From NCBI GenBank assembly GCA_965261435.1, contig CBDHDL010000008.1, forward strand, positions 1,207,987 through 1,271,986: a DNA stretch of 64,000 nucleotides, read 5' to 3'. This document shows positions 1-10,823 of this stretch, in pieces; position 1 is the stretch's first letter; the number at the start of each line of letters is the position of its first letter. Both the position numbers and the translations under genes were made by a program. Below the pieces are notes generated by a model that was not told where the DNA came from, ran no database searches, and worked only from the letters and a program-made list of their open reading frames with translations. Source of the DNA: Candidatus Poribacteria bacterium. GTDB lineage: Bacteria > Poribacteria > WGA-4E > WGA-3G.

Positions 1-815
1 TTGAAGATGAATTCGGTGACATTATTGGTAAAGCAAGACGTGGGCAAAATATGTCACAGAGTGAGACAGCGGCAGCTGTCGGTATTACTGAATCTGATAT
101 TTCTCGTATGGAACAGTATACATTAAAACCCACCGAAGCGCAAGTTTATAAAATAGCTGAAGTCCTGAATTTAGATGGAGCAAAACTCCTTGACATTGCT
201 AATGAAACTTGGGAACCTTCGCCAATTGAAGCACATGATAACACAGTCCTTAAGGTAATCACTGTGAGTGCACCTGTTGGTAGTTGGCCTGTCAATGCTT
301 ATATCTTAGTCTGCAAATCCACCGAAGAAGCCGCAATCATTGATACCGCTGCACATCCTGAACTCATCTTGAAACAACTTGATGAAAACAAGGTGAATCC
401 TACTGCTATACTCTTGACACATTCTCATAGCGACCACGCTGATGGTTTGCCTAAACTACAAACCGATACTGGTTGTGATACATACATTCACAAGAATGAA
501 CCCAAACCACAGAGCGATGCAGAACTGAAAGAACTTGTTCATTCTGATGTTGTTGAAATAGGAAAGTTAATGGTAACTGTTCTTGACACACCCGGACATA
601 CACCAGGTGGATGTAGTTTTCTGACCCATTCTGCTGCTTTCGTTGGTGATGCTATTTTCGCTGGCTCCGTTGGAGGACCAAACATCTCTTATGAAGATGA
701 AATAAATAGTGTTCGTGATAATCTACTCTCACTTCCTGATGATGTAAGACTATTCCCAGGACACGGCCCCTCTACAACCGTAGGTGAAGAAAAACTACAC
801 AATCCGTTTTTCTAA
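1..815 (+). CDS. XRE-HTH + MBL-fold metallo-hydrolase (glyoxalase II/YcbL-like); 5' end probably lies upstream of the window
   Basis: The frame is open from nt 3 (EDEFGDIIGKARRGQNMSQSETAAAVGITESDISRMEQ, HTH-like). MBL motifs: THSHSDHADG, TPGHTPG, VGDAIF, PGHGPSTT..EEK..NPF. Confidence 0.85.
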   Translation, partial: EDEFGDIIGKARRGQNMSQSETAAAVGITESDISRMEQYTLKPTEAQVYKIAEVLNLDGAKLLDIANETWEPSPIEAHDNTVLKVITVSAPVGSWPVNAYILVCKSTEEAAIIDTAAHPELILKQLDENKVNPTAILLTHSHSDHADGLPKLQTDTGCDTYIHKNEPKPQSDAELKELVHSDVVEIGKLMVTVLDTPGHTPGGCSFLTHSAAFVGDAIFAGSVGGPNISYEDEINSVRDNLLSLPDDVRLFPGHGPSTTVGEEKLHNPFF

Positions 816-869
816 TCTTATGCTTCACCGAAGGTTTTACTGCTATCTTTGCAGTGTGAGGTATGATTA

Positions 870-1892
870 TTGCTCTCATATTTGCTACAACGATTCCTCT
901 CAATATGTTTATCCCTCCTTGGCGTATCGCTTCTTGTATTTTTTATGGTGCATCTGATTCCAGGTGATGTCGCACTTACCATTGCAGGCGAACGTGCAAC
1001 GCAAGAAGTTCTCAAACAGATCCGTGAAGACATCGGTTTGGATAAACCTCTGTATCATCAATACGCCATATTTCTTTGGGACCTTATTCATCTTGACTTA
1101 GGTCGTTCCTTTAAGTCAAAACAACCGGTCCTTGAAGAAATAAAGCGTTATTTTCCGGCAACAGCAGAGTTAACACTTGCCGCAATGGCTTTTTCTATTT
1201 TCTTCGGAATAATGGCAGGAATCATTGCTGCAGTGTATCGTGGAAGATTCTTGGACTATTTCTCCATGTCAACTTCGCTTGCCGGTATTTCTATGCCGAT
1301 ATTCTGGCTCGGTCTGATGCTGATTCTCCTCTTCTCACATTATCTGAATATTTTTCCAACTTCAGGACGGATGGATGTTATATTGAGCTTAGATGTTGAA
1401 ACTCGGACAGGTTTCTACTTGATTGATACATTACTTATGGGAGATTTGACTGCTTTTAAGAACGCTATTTCTCATCTCATACTTCCTGCTGTTACATTGG
1501 GAACCATCCCTTTAGCAATAATAGCGCGGATGACCCGCTCAAGTCTGCTTGAAGTGTTAAATCAACCCTATATCACGACTGCTTATGCAAAGGGTTTGTC
1601 TCGGTGGAGAGTAATCATCAAACATGCCTTGAAGAATAGTATGGTTCCCGTTTTGACAGTTATTGGATTGGAATTTGGGTATCTCATGGGAGGTGCCATT
1701 CTAACTGAGCATATTTTCTCGTGGCCTGGTCTGGGTTCATGGTTACGCGCTTCAGTTGAAGCACGGGATGTTCGTGCTGTTCAAGGTGGCGTTCTATTTG
1801 TGTCCGCGTTATTTATGTTTGTCAATCTAATTGTAGATCTGCTGTATGCTTACTTTGATCCGCGAATAAGAGTAGGAGATGAGGCGATATGA
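870..1892 (+). CDS. dppB: Peptide/nickel ABC transporter permease (DppB/OppB family)
   Basis: N-terminal LIPGD, GLDKPLY.QY and DLG.S segments; EAA loop (ARMTRSSLLEVL.QPYITTAYAKGL); TEHIFSWPGLG. TTG start. Confidence 0.9.
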   Translation: MLSYLLQRFLSICLSLLGVSLLVFFMVHLIPGDVALTIAGERATQEVLKQIREDIGLDKPLYHQYAIFLWDLIHLDLGRSFKSKQPVLEEIKRYFPATAELTLAAMAFSIFFGIMAGIIAAVYRGRFLDYFSMSTSLAGISMPIFWLGLMLILLFSHYLNIFPTSGRMDVILSLDVETRTGFYLIDTLLMGDLTAFKNAISHLILPAVTLGTIPLAIIARMTRSSLLEVLNQPYITTAYAKGLSRWRVIIKHALKNSMVPVLTVIGLEFGYLMGGAILTEHIFSWPGLGSWLRASVEARDVRAVQGGVLFVSALFMFVNLIVDLLYAYFDPRIRVGDEAI

Positions 1893-2743
1893 ACACGGAT
1901 GTTGCGGCAACAAGCCAACAGCACGTAATTCGTAAACTGATGCGTCATCCATCCGCAGTTATCGGCGCATCCATTATACTCTTTTTTGTATTCATTGCCA
2001 TTTTGGCACCACTCTTAGCGACACATGAACCGATGACAGCAAAAGTCGAAAACCGACTTGCAGGTCAGTCTTTTGACCATCTGCTTGGTACTGATGGAAC
2101 TGGTCGTGACATATTTAGCCGTATTCTATATGGCGCGCGAATTTCTTTGAAAGTCGGATTAATAGCAATGACCTTTTCTCTCGGACTCGGGACACTCTTC
2201 GGTGCATTTGCCGGGTATTACGGTGGTTGGTTAGACAATGTGATTATGCGAGTGATGGATATGATGCTCGCAATGCCAAGTATTCTACTTGCGATGGTAA
2301 TTGTCACTATATTGGGGCAAAGTCTTACGAATGCTATAATCGCAGTCTCAATTGTCTATATACCGCAATATGCAAGGATTTTACGCGCGTCCGTTCTTAA
2401 GGTGCGTGAGTTAGATTACGTAACTGCTGCAAAGGTTATAGGAGCAAGCGACATGCGTATACTGGTCACCACTGTCCTTCCCAACTGTCTTGCTCCGTTG
2501 ATTGTTCAAGCGACTTTAGGCATAGGCGCGGCGATTTTAGATGCCGCTGGACTCAGTTTCCTCGGACTCGGTGCAGAGATCGGTGTTCCCGAGTGGGGAG
2601 CAATGCTCAATGAGAATACGAAATTTATACGCAAAGCACCCTTATCCGTATTTTCACCCGGTATGGCGATCTTTCTCATCGTCTTAGGGTTTAATCTTCT
2701 CGGTGATGCCTTACGTGATGCACTTGATCCGCAGATAGATTGA
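1889..2743 (+). CDS. dppC: Peptide/nickel ABC transporter permease (DppC/OppC family)
   Basis: HLLGTDGTGRDIFSRILYGARISL, DYVTAAKVIGAS, LSFLGLG...PEWGAML, FNLLGDALRDALDP. ATGA overlap with dppB. Confidence 0.9.
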   Translation: MNTDVAATSQQHVIRKLMRHPSAVIGASIILFFVFIAILAPLLATHEPMTAKVENRLAGQSFDHLLGTDGTGRDIFSRILYGARISLKVGLIAMTFSLGLGTLFGAFAGYYGGWLDNVIMRVMDMMLAMPSILLAMVIVTILGQSLTNAIIAVSIVYIPQYARILRASVLKVRELDYVTAAKVIGASDMRILVTTVLPNCLAPLIVQATLGIGAAILDAAGLSFLGLGAEIGVPEWGAMLNENTKFIRKAPLSVFSPGMAIFLIVLGFNLLGDALRDALDPQID

Positions 2744-2769
2744 GTTGATTTGCGATTTTTGACTAGTTC

Positions 2770-5700
2770 CTACTTCAGAATAAGCATCTTCCGCGTCGCA
2801 GTGAAATCACCCGCAGTGAAATTACAAATATAGATACCTGCCGCAACCTGTTCACCAAAAGCGTTCTTACCATCCCAGTACGCAGCACGTCTACGGTTAG
2901 AATAGATACCCGTAGCCTTGTTTCCTAACGCAATCTGTCGGACAACTATACCTCTAACGTTGTAGATAGACAGCGTGACCTCTGCAGGTTTAGACAACTG
3001 ATACGGAATCCACGTTTCAGGATTGAATGGGTTCGGGTAGTTTTGTAGCAATGCGGTTGTATTTGGATTTGCTGGAGTTGGTTGAACAGACGGTGCAGCA
3101 CCTTCTAATTTGGTGACATTGATCGTAACAGATATGCTATCACCCCCACTATTCCCATCATAAACCGTGATCGTGACCAAATAGGAGGTCTTTGATTCAT
3201 AGTCAAGTTCAGTTTTCGTTTGTAATTGACCGTTTGTACTAACAAGACTGAATGAGGATGCATCAGTGCCACTGAGTGTGTAGGTCAATGTATCACTCGT
3301 ATCAGAATCCGTTGCGGAAAAGGGTTCACCGATGTTTTCACCAGCTGTGGTTTTCTCATATACAGAACGCGTCGCGCTATCTCCATCTGCAAATATAGGG
3401 ATATTGTTGTTCAAATTAATGTCGATGGTAATCTGAGGTTTTGATGTCTTTAGACTACGAAGCGGTCCGTAATCAGAAATCGGATTGCCGCTGAGATATA
3501 AACTGTTTAATGAAGTCAAACCTTCAAGTTCGGAAACATCACGGATCTGATTCCTGTTCAGACTCAATTCTATCAGTACTGTGTTATTGTCAAACACATT
3601 CGCTGGAAGTGAACTCAGATTGTTACTTGACATGTAGAGATATTCCAATTGTCTATTATTGTCAAACACATTTGCTGGTAGCGAAGTCAGTTTGTTCCTG
3701 AAAATGAAAAGGTCTGTCAGGTTTGTGTTATTATCAAACACATTTGCAGGTAAATCAGTCAGACTGTTACCGTTGAGTATGAGCTTTGTCAGATTTGTGT
3801 TATTGTCAAACACATTTGCTGGCAAGACGGTCAGTCTGTTTCTCGCGAAAAATAGTTCTATCAAAGCAGTGTTATTATCAAACACCTCTGCGGGTAATGA
3901 AGAAACTTGGTTATTGCTAAAATCTAATAATGTAAGTTTTGTGTTATTGTTGAACACTCCAGTAGATAACGAAGTCAGTTCGTTGTCATGCAGAGTAAGT
4001 CTTCTCAACTCAGTGTTATTGTCGAACACATTCGACGGTAACGAAGTCAGTTTGTTGTTATTCAGATAAAGCCACTTCAGTTCTGTGTTATTGTCAAACA
4101 CATTCGCTGGCAATGCGGTCAGACCGTTGTCGTCCAGGAAAAGTTGTAGCAATTTTGTGTTATTGTCAAACACACCAGTGGGTAGCGAGGTGAGATCGTT
4201 ACTATACAAGTAAAGATCACACAGTTTTGTGTTATTGTCAAACACACCCGGTCGCAATGATTTCAGCTTGTTCTTGTTCAGTGTAAGCTCACGCAGTTTT
4301 GTGTTATTGTCAAACACACCAGCGGGTAACGAGGTGAGATCGTTACTATACAGATTGATCCGTGTCAGTTCTGTGAGATTGGAAAACACATCAGACCGCA
4401 ACCAGGTCAGTCCGCCACCACCAAACGATAGGTTTGTCAGTTTTGTGTTATTATCAAACACACCAGCGGGTAACATTTTAAAGTAACATGCACCCAGTTC
4501 AATGGATCTTAGTTCAGTGTTCTCAGCAAAAACACCTGCGGGTAACGACTTTAGACCGGTGTAGTAAAGGCTAAGATTTCTCAGTCCAGACATACCAGAG
4601 AAATCCCCTACTTTTAATGTGTTCATTTTTTTATTATAAAGACTAAGGTCTGTAATTTGTGCAAGGTGTTCCGGTGTCACATCGTCAGCAGAATCCACAC
4701 CAGCAGCGGCAACGATTGCATCACGTATATACGCTGTACGTTCACTGACAGGTGTAATTTCTATCATGTCAGTGACACTGATAGTGACTGCGATACTATC
4801 ACTTCCACTATTTCCGTCGGTGACAGAGATTCTGATGGAGTAGGAGTTCTGTGTTTCAAAATCAAGAGCAGCGCTTGTCTGCAGCTTGCCCTGTATTCCT
4901 AACAATCCTGAACGATGACGCATCTGTACCACCAAGTGTATATATGAGTATATCTTTGTCTGAATCTGTCGCAGCGATAGGTTCACCGATGTTTTGACCT
5001 GGTGAAGTATTCTCAGCCACTTCGCGTGTTGTGCTGTCACCCTCGGTGAACACAGGTGCGCGGTTCTCGTCTATATCCGTCACATTAATTGTGACTTTGA
5101 TACTATCCTCACCACCATTATTATCAAACACAGCAATCTTGACCGAGTAAGAGTTCTTTTTTTCAAAATCAAGTGGAGATTTCGTAAGCAGCTGACCATT
5201 GCTGCTATTGATTTCAAAAGAAGTTTCATCAGTACCACTGAGACGGTAGGTCAAATCGTCATCGTCTGCATCAGTCGCAGAAACTGCTGCCCCGATTTCT
5301 ACACCCGAGCTAGCATTTTCTGCTATTGATCGCGTCGTGACATCACCTTCAGAAAATTTAGGTGCGCGGTTCTCGTCTACATTAGTTACGTTGATTATCA
5401 TGTCAATCGTATCCTCTAATGCGCCATCAGAAACAGTGATTGTGATTGAGAAGGATTTCTTTGTTTCATAGTCCAAAACAGCTTTGGTTTGCAGTTGTCC
5501 TGAAGTGGTAACGATACTAAATGATGCAGCATCCGGACCACCAAGCGTATATGTCAAAGTATCACCCTCATCTGGGTCAGTTGCGGAGAGTATACCACCG
5601 ATATTGGTTCCCGTTTCAGTGTTTTCAGCGATAAATAAGGTTGTGAGAGTATTCGGTGCAATGATGGGAGCTTCATTGACATCTGTGACACTAATTGTTA

Positions 5701-8700
5701 TCCTAATAGTGTCTGTTTTACTGCCATCTGATACCGTCGCAGTGACACTGTAAGAGGATTTATCTTCGTGATTAAGTGCAGCATCTGTCTTCAACTGTCC
5801 TGTTTTCCTGTCAATACTGAATGCTGCGGCATCCGTACCACTGAGCAGGTATGTAAGTAAGTCATTATCCACATCTGTCGCTGCAATAGGAGTACCGATA
5901 TTTTTATCTTTTGCAGTATTTTCAACAACCGATCGGGTTGTACTTGAGCCTTCAGTGAAAATGGGTGAATTGTTGGATGGTGTTTCGTCAAGATTACTGA
6001 CATTGATTGTTACCGTGATCGTATCTGTGAGGTTTCCATCAGTCACTATGATGGTTACAGAATAGGTAGGATTTTTCTCATAGTCAAGGGATGCTTTTGT
6101 TTTCAATTGCCCAGTCGCATTGTCAATACTAAACGAACTTGCATCAGATCCGGAAAGTGTATAGGTTAAGTTGTTCAAATCTGGATCCGTAGCAGAAACG
6201 GCACTTCCGATATTGCTGTTTACAGGTGCATTCTCAGCGGTCTCGCGTGTTGTGCTTGCACCATCAGAAAACACTGGTGCTTCGTTGACATCAGTTACAT
6301 TTATCGTGACGGAGATGCTATCACTGTCCCCGTTGCTATCGGACACAGTGATTGTCACAGAATAGGATGATTTCGTTTCGTAATCCAGTGCAGCACTTGT
6401 TCGCAACTGTCCAGTCGTACTGTCAATACTAAATGAGGAAGCATCCGTGCCACTCAGACCGTACGTTAATGTATCTCTATCCGGATCTGTAGCAGAAACA
6501 GTAGAACCTATATCTACACCGGAACCTATATTCTCATCAACAGATCGTGTTGCACTATGACCATCAGTGAACTCAGGGGCATTGTTTGTTAAAGTGTTAT
6601 CGGTTAACGGTATGATAACAGTGTCCTCTGTTGTAGCTTGGAGCTCATCTATATTTATGACATTAATTGTAACCGTGATGGTATCTGTGAATGTACCATC
6701 AGAGACAGTGACTGTGACTGCATAAGATGTCTTGGTTTCATAGTCTAACGTGGAACTTGTGCGTAACTGACCGGAACTACTATCAATACTAAATGAGGTA
6801 GCATCGCTCCCACCGATCATATAGGTGAGAACATCATCCTCCTCATCTGTGGCAGACACTGGTGTACCGATGTCTTCACCAAGTCCTATGTTTTCAGGAA
6901 CAGTTCTTGTAGTACTATCTCCATCCGTAAACTTGGGTGCGTTGTTTGTTACCGTGGTTTCGGTCTTCGTTGCATCGCCTTCTGTCGTGGGATCAGTCTG
7001 TTTTAGATCGGTTTCTGTCTTTGCAGTCGCAGCTTCCTCTTTTGTAACTGGGGTCTCAGCTACGTCTGTGATATTGATAGTGACCGCGATGGTATCTGTG
7101 AGGTTGCCATCAGTGACCGTGATTGTCACAAAATAAGAATTATTCCTCTCATAATCTAATGCTGCCCTTGTTTTCAACTGCCCAGATTTGGTGTCAATGG
7201 AGAACACGCTTGCATCTGTGCCACCAAGACTATACGTAAGGGTATTATTATCCGCATCAGTTGCAGCAACGGGTATACCGATGTTTTCTCCTGATTCTGT
7301 ATTCTCCGATACTTTTCGTGTTGTACTATCACCATCAGAGAACTCAGGAGCACTGTTTGTTAAGGTGTTATCGGTTTCCGGTATTATAACAGTGTCCTCC
7401 GTTGTAGCTTGGAGCTCATCTATATCTGTGACATTGATTGTAACCGTGATGGTATCTATGAATGTACCATCAGAGACAGTGACTGTGACTGCATAAGATG
7501 TCTTGGTTTCATAGTCTAACGTGGAACTTGTGCGTAACTGACCGGAACTACTATCAATACTAAATGAGGTAGCATCGCTCCCACTGATCATATAGGTGAG
7601 AACATCATCATCATCCGCATCCGTTGCGACAACAGGTTTGCCGATATTTTCTCTTGCTTCTGTATTCTCGGTAACTTCGCGTGTTGTGCTGTCGCCATCC
7701 ATGAACACCGGGGCGCGGTTTTCGTCTAAATCGTTAACGTTTATCGTCACACTGATCATATCAGTAAGTGTACCATCAGAAACCGTTATCGTCACCGAGT
7801 AGGATGTCTTTGCTTCATAATCCAACGCGGATTTAGTTTTCAATTGTCCCGTTTTGCTATCAATGTCAAACGATGACGCATCTGTACCGGTCAACGTATA
7901 TGTTAGTGAATCGTTATTGTCGTCAGTGGCTGTTATTGCTTCACCGATATTTTCACCAGATGGAGTATTCTCTGCAATAGTGCGTGTAGTAGCAGCATCA
8001 GTGTACACTGGCGCAACATTGATACGACCATGGATTTCAAGAGGGTAACCTTGCGGTTTTACAAGTGTGTACCCACTGTGCATTGAAGGCAAATTCGGTA
8101 AAGCTGCAAAATCTACCGTGACTTCCTCAATCGTATTCTGAGAGCGTAATAATGTGAGTGGTATACTATACATACTACCTTTCGGGATCGTGATGTTATC
8201 AGCATCAAGAAACCCGTTTTTGACGGAGATCTGTAAGACTATATCAAAAGGAGCACCTGTTTGTACTACTGCTCTTATCTGGTTTTCTCCGACCTTTTCT
8301 AAGGCGATTGTAAGCGGTAAAGGTGCAACCGAATTCCCGCTCAAATTCAGTTGATTCAACGATGTCAATCCTTCAAATATCCCAACGGGGAGGCTACTGA
8401 GTTGGTTATTTTGCAGGTTCAACGATCTGAGTGAAAGCATGCCAGCAAAATCAGCACTATTGAGTAATCGGATTTTCTTATTGTTCAAGTCAAGGTTTGT
8501 GATTGTTGCAAGATGGATTTCACTGATATTCCAGCAATCAGTTACCCCTGACACCACAGCGGTAATCGCTTCAATAACTTGGTGAGTGCGGTTGCAGACT
8601 GTTGATCTGGAAAGAACGTAACCGTAATGGTTAGTTGGCACACTCGGTAAAATACCGATATCCACAATTGCTGCGTTCATGACCGTGAAAGATGTACTAT

Positions 8701-10222
8701 TGACGCTGCCTTTTGGTATAGTGACCATAGTCGTGTTACCTGCTCCATCTATTGGTACAACAACATGAAACGGAGCACCTGCGGGTATCACCACACGGTA
8801 TTCATTTGTTGCTACTTGCTGCAAGGAAACAATAAGCGGCATCGGGTCAGTAAGGTTACCTCCTAAGCGTAGTGTTGTGAGTGAGGTGAGTCCTTTAAAG
8901 ATACCTTCGGGCAAACTGCTGAGTAAATTACCATTAAGATTAAGACGCGTCAGTTCAGATAAACCAGAAAAATCACCAGTTTTGAGTTTAGAAATTCCGG
9001 TGTTTCGTAGATTGAGCTGTGTAATTGTAGTAAGTTGCGATGTGGTCACATCTGCGGGATAATCAACATTTGGCAACACCTGCACAATCACATCTCGCAC
9101 GTGTGGTGTACGTTCATTGACGGGGACTATCACTGAATCCGTTCGGATATCATTAACGTTAACGATGCCTATGATAACTGTAATTGTGTCTGTAAGGATT
9201 CCATCAGAAGCAGTGATTGTCACAGAATAGACACGTTTCGTTTCATAGTCTAATGCTGCTTTTGTTTGCAACTGCCCTGTCGTGCTATCAATATTAAACG
9301 AATCGGCATTTGTCCCACTCAAGATGTATGTTATTTCATCGTTGTTCGGATCTGTTGCAACAACTGCTGCACCGATATTGACATCTGCTGCCGAATTTTC
9401 TGCAACTGTTCGGAGGGTGATTGTTCCATCAGCAAAAATAGGGGCACTGTTTCCGTTTATTTTAGACATTATCGGTACTGGGACGATCTGTTCATCAGGA
9501 ACAACTGTCGTTATCCCTATATTCTCAGTAGCAACAGCAACGATAACTTCAAGTGGTAGTAAATCATTTTTTGATAACACATAACCGTAATGGTTAGACG
9601 GCAAATTCGGTAATGTACCGATGTCCATAGTAACAGAATCGGTTGTGTTTGCAGTGCGGGTTACCGTTAGCGGGAGGCTTTCAATGCTGCCCTTTTCAAT
9701 AGTGATAGTGGATGCATCGTCTGATATGCTGCCGTGGGTCACACTGATTGGTAACACAATAGAAAATGGAGCACCTGTTGGTACCACTGCTTTGAATTGA
9801 TTGTCCGTAATCTTTTCAAGTAAAACTGTGATAGGTAACGGATCAACTGTGTTGTTTCCCAATCGGAGTGTTGTTAAGGCTGTTAAACCTAAGAAAATGC
9901 CATTTGGAAGACTATTTAGCTGATTGCCATAAAGATTGAGATGTGTCAGTCCTGACAACCCGGAAAAATCACCAGATTTTAGGTTATTAATTTCTTTTGA
10001 TCGTAGGTTGAGGTCTGTAATTGAAGCGAGGTGTCCTTTAGTTACATCGCTCGCATCGTTTATGTTCGGTATGGCATTAACAATTGCATCGCGCACTGTG
10101 GAAGTTCGTTCGTCTAACGCGGTGAACTCGGCATAACTTGATACTGTCCCAAAAATTATCAAATAAGTTAATAAAATCGATACGATAGCTTTATGATTTA
10201 AGTAGATTAAATATAGTTTCAT
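2770..10222 (-). CDS. Giant secreted LRR-cadherin protein E (~2483 aa once the 1-nt insertion at ~4883-4890 is removed); ~12 cadherin domains, ~16 24-aa LRRs near the C-terminus, T9SS-A/FlgD-Ig-like CTD
   Basis: ORFs 4862..10222 and 2770..5040 join inside one cadherin domain (...SFRIVRNTGQ|LQTSAALDFE...). (7453-1)/3 is an integer. Signal peptide ending GTVSSYA; CTD NYPNPFNPETWIPYQL. Confidence 0.85.
3480..4640 (-). repeat. 72-bp (24-aa) LRR-coding repeats of gene E
   Basis: GTGTTATT(G/A)TCAAACAC recurs every 72 nt and encodes LP.xVFDNNTxLxxLxLxxNxL. Confidence 0.9.
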
Positions 10223-10587
10223 ATAAATTTCCCTGCTGTTTTACAGTTTGTTTTTCGAATCAATACCAAATGCAAGAAAGGTCATACGCTTTTTTGTTCA
10301 CGTATGTTTAGCATTGATATAATAAGTCATTATATTATAAGTTGTATTACGCAATTAAAATTGACCTATTATGGCTATTTGTTTAAACAGCAAGTTGTCG
10401 TAGAATGAGAAATCTCGAAGAACTTACTGTTTTAGGAGAAATTGAGAGTAAACACTGTTCTTACATAAGAGACAAGTGTAAATTAAGAATATCCTGCGAT
10501 TCGTGGAAATCCTGGTTATGACGTACTATTTAGTCTGCGATTCCGACTAAAGAAGCGGATATTTCTTGTTGGAGAGTGTCAACACAC

Positions 10588-10684
10588 TATTGCTTTGTCA
10601 AGTCATGAATGTTTGTATATCGGACGGGGAAACCCCGTCCCTACGAACGGTTCTAATCATCATTTGAGTATTGACAGAACACTA
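10588..10684 (+). mobile_element. ~97-bp MITE-like element with internal GTAG-type REP hairpin (copy 1)
   Basis: Ends TATTGCTTTGTCAA...TTGACAGAACACTA form imperfect TIRs bounded by TA. Core is GGACGGGGAAACCCCGTCC-CTAC. Near-identical to 63412-63509 (reverse) and 37190-37271. Confidence 0.75.
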
Positions 10685-10823
10685 TGACCATTTGACATTC
10701 ACTGTTTTTTGAACGGCACTGCAAGAATATATACTGGGTTTAGAAAGTCCTCCCATAGTGTAAAAATAAGATACAACAGACAGATATGCAGAATACAGAA
10801 ACTGTATCATACAAGTCTGTTTG

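Noticed and set aside
3560-4470. CRISPR-like look: semi-palindromic GTGTTATTGTCAAACAC recurring with variable intervening sequence
   Set aside because: The period is exactly 72 nt (24 codons) inside an open frame encoding LRRs, the 'spacers' are mutually homologous, and no cas genes are present.
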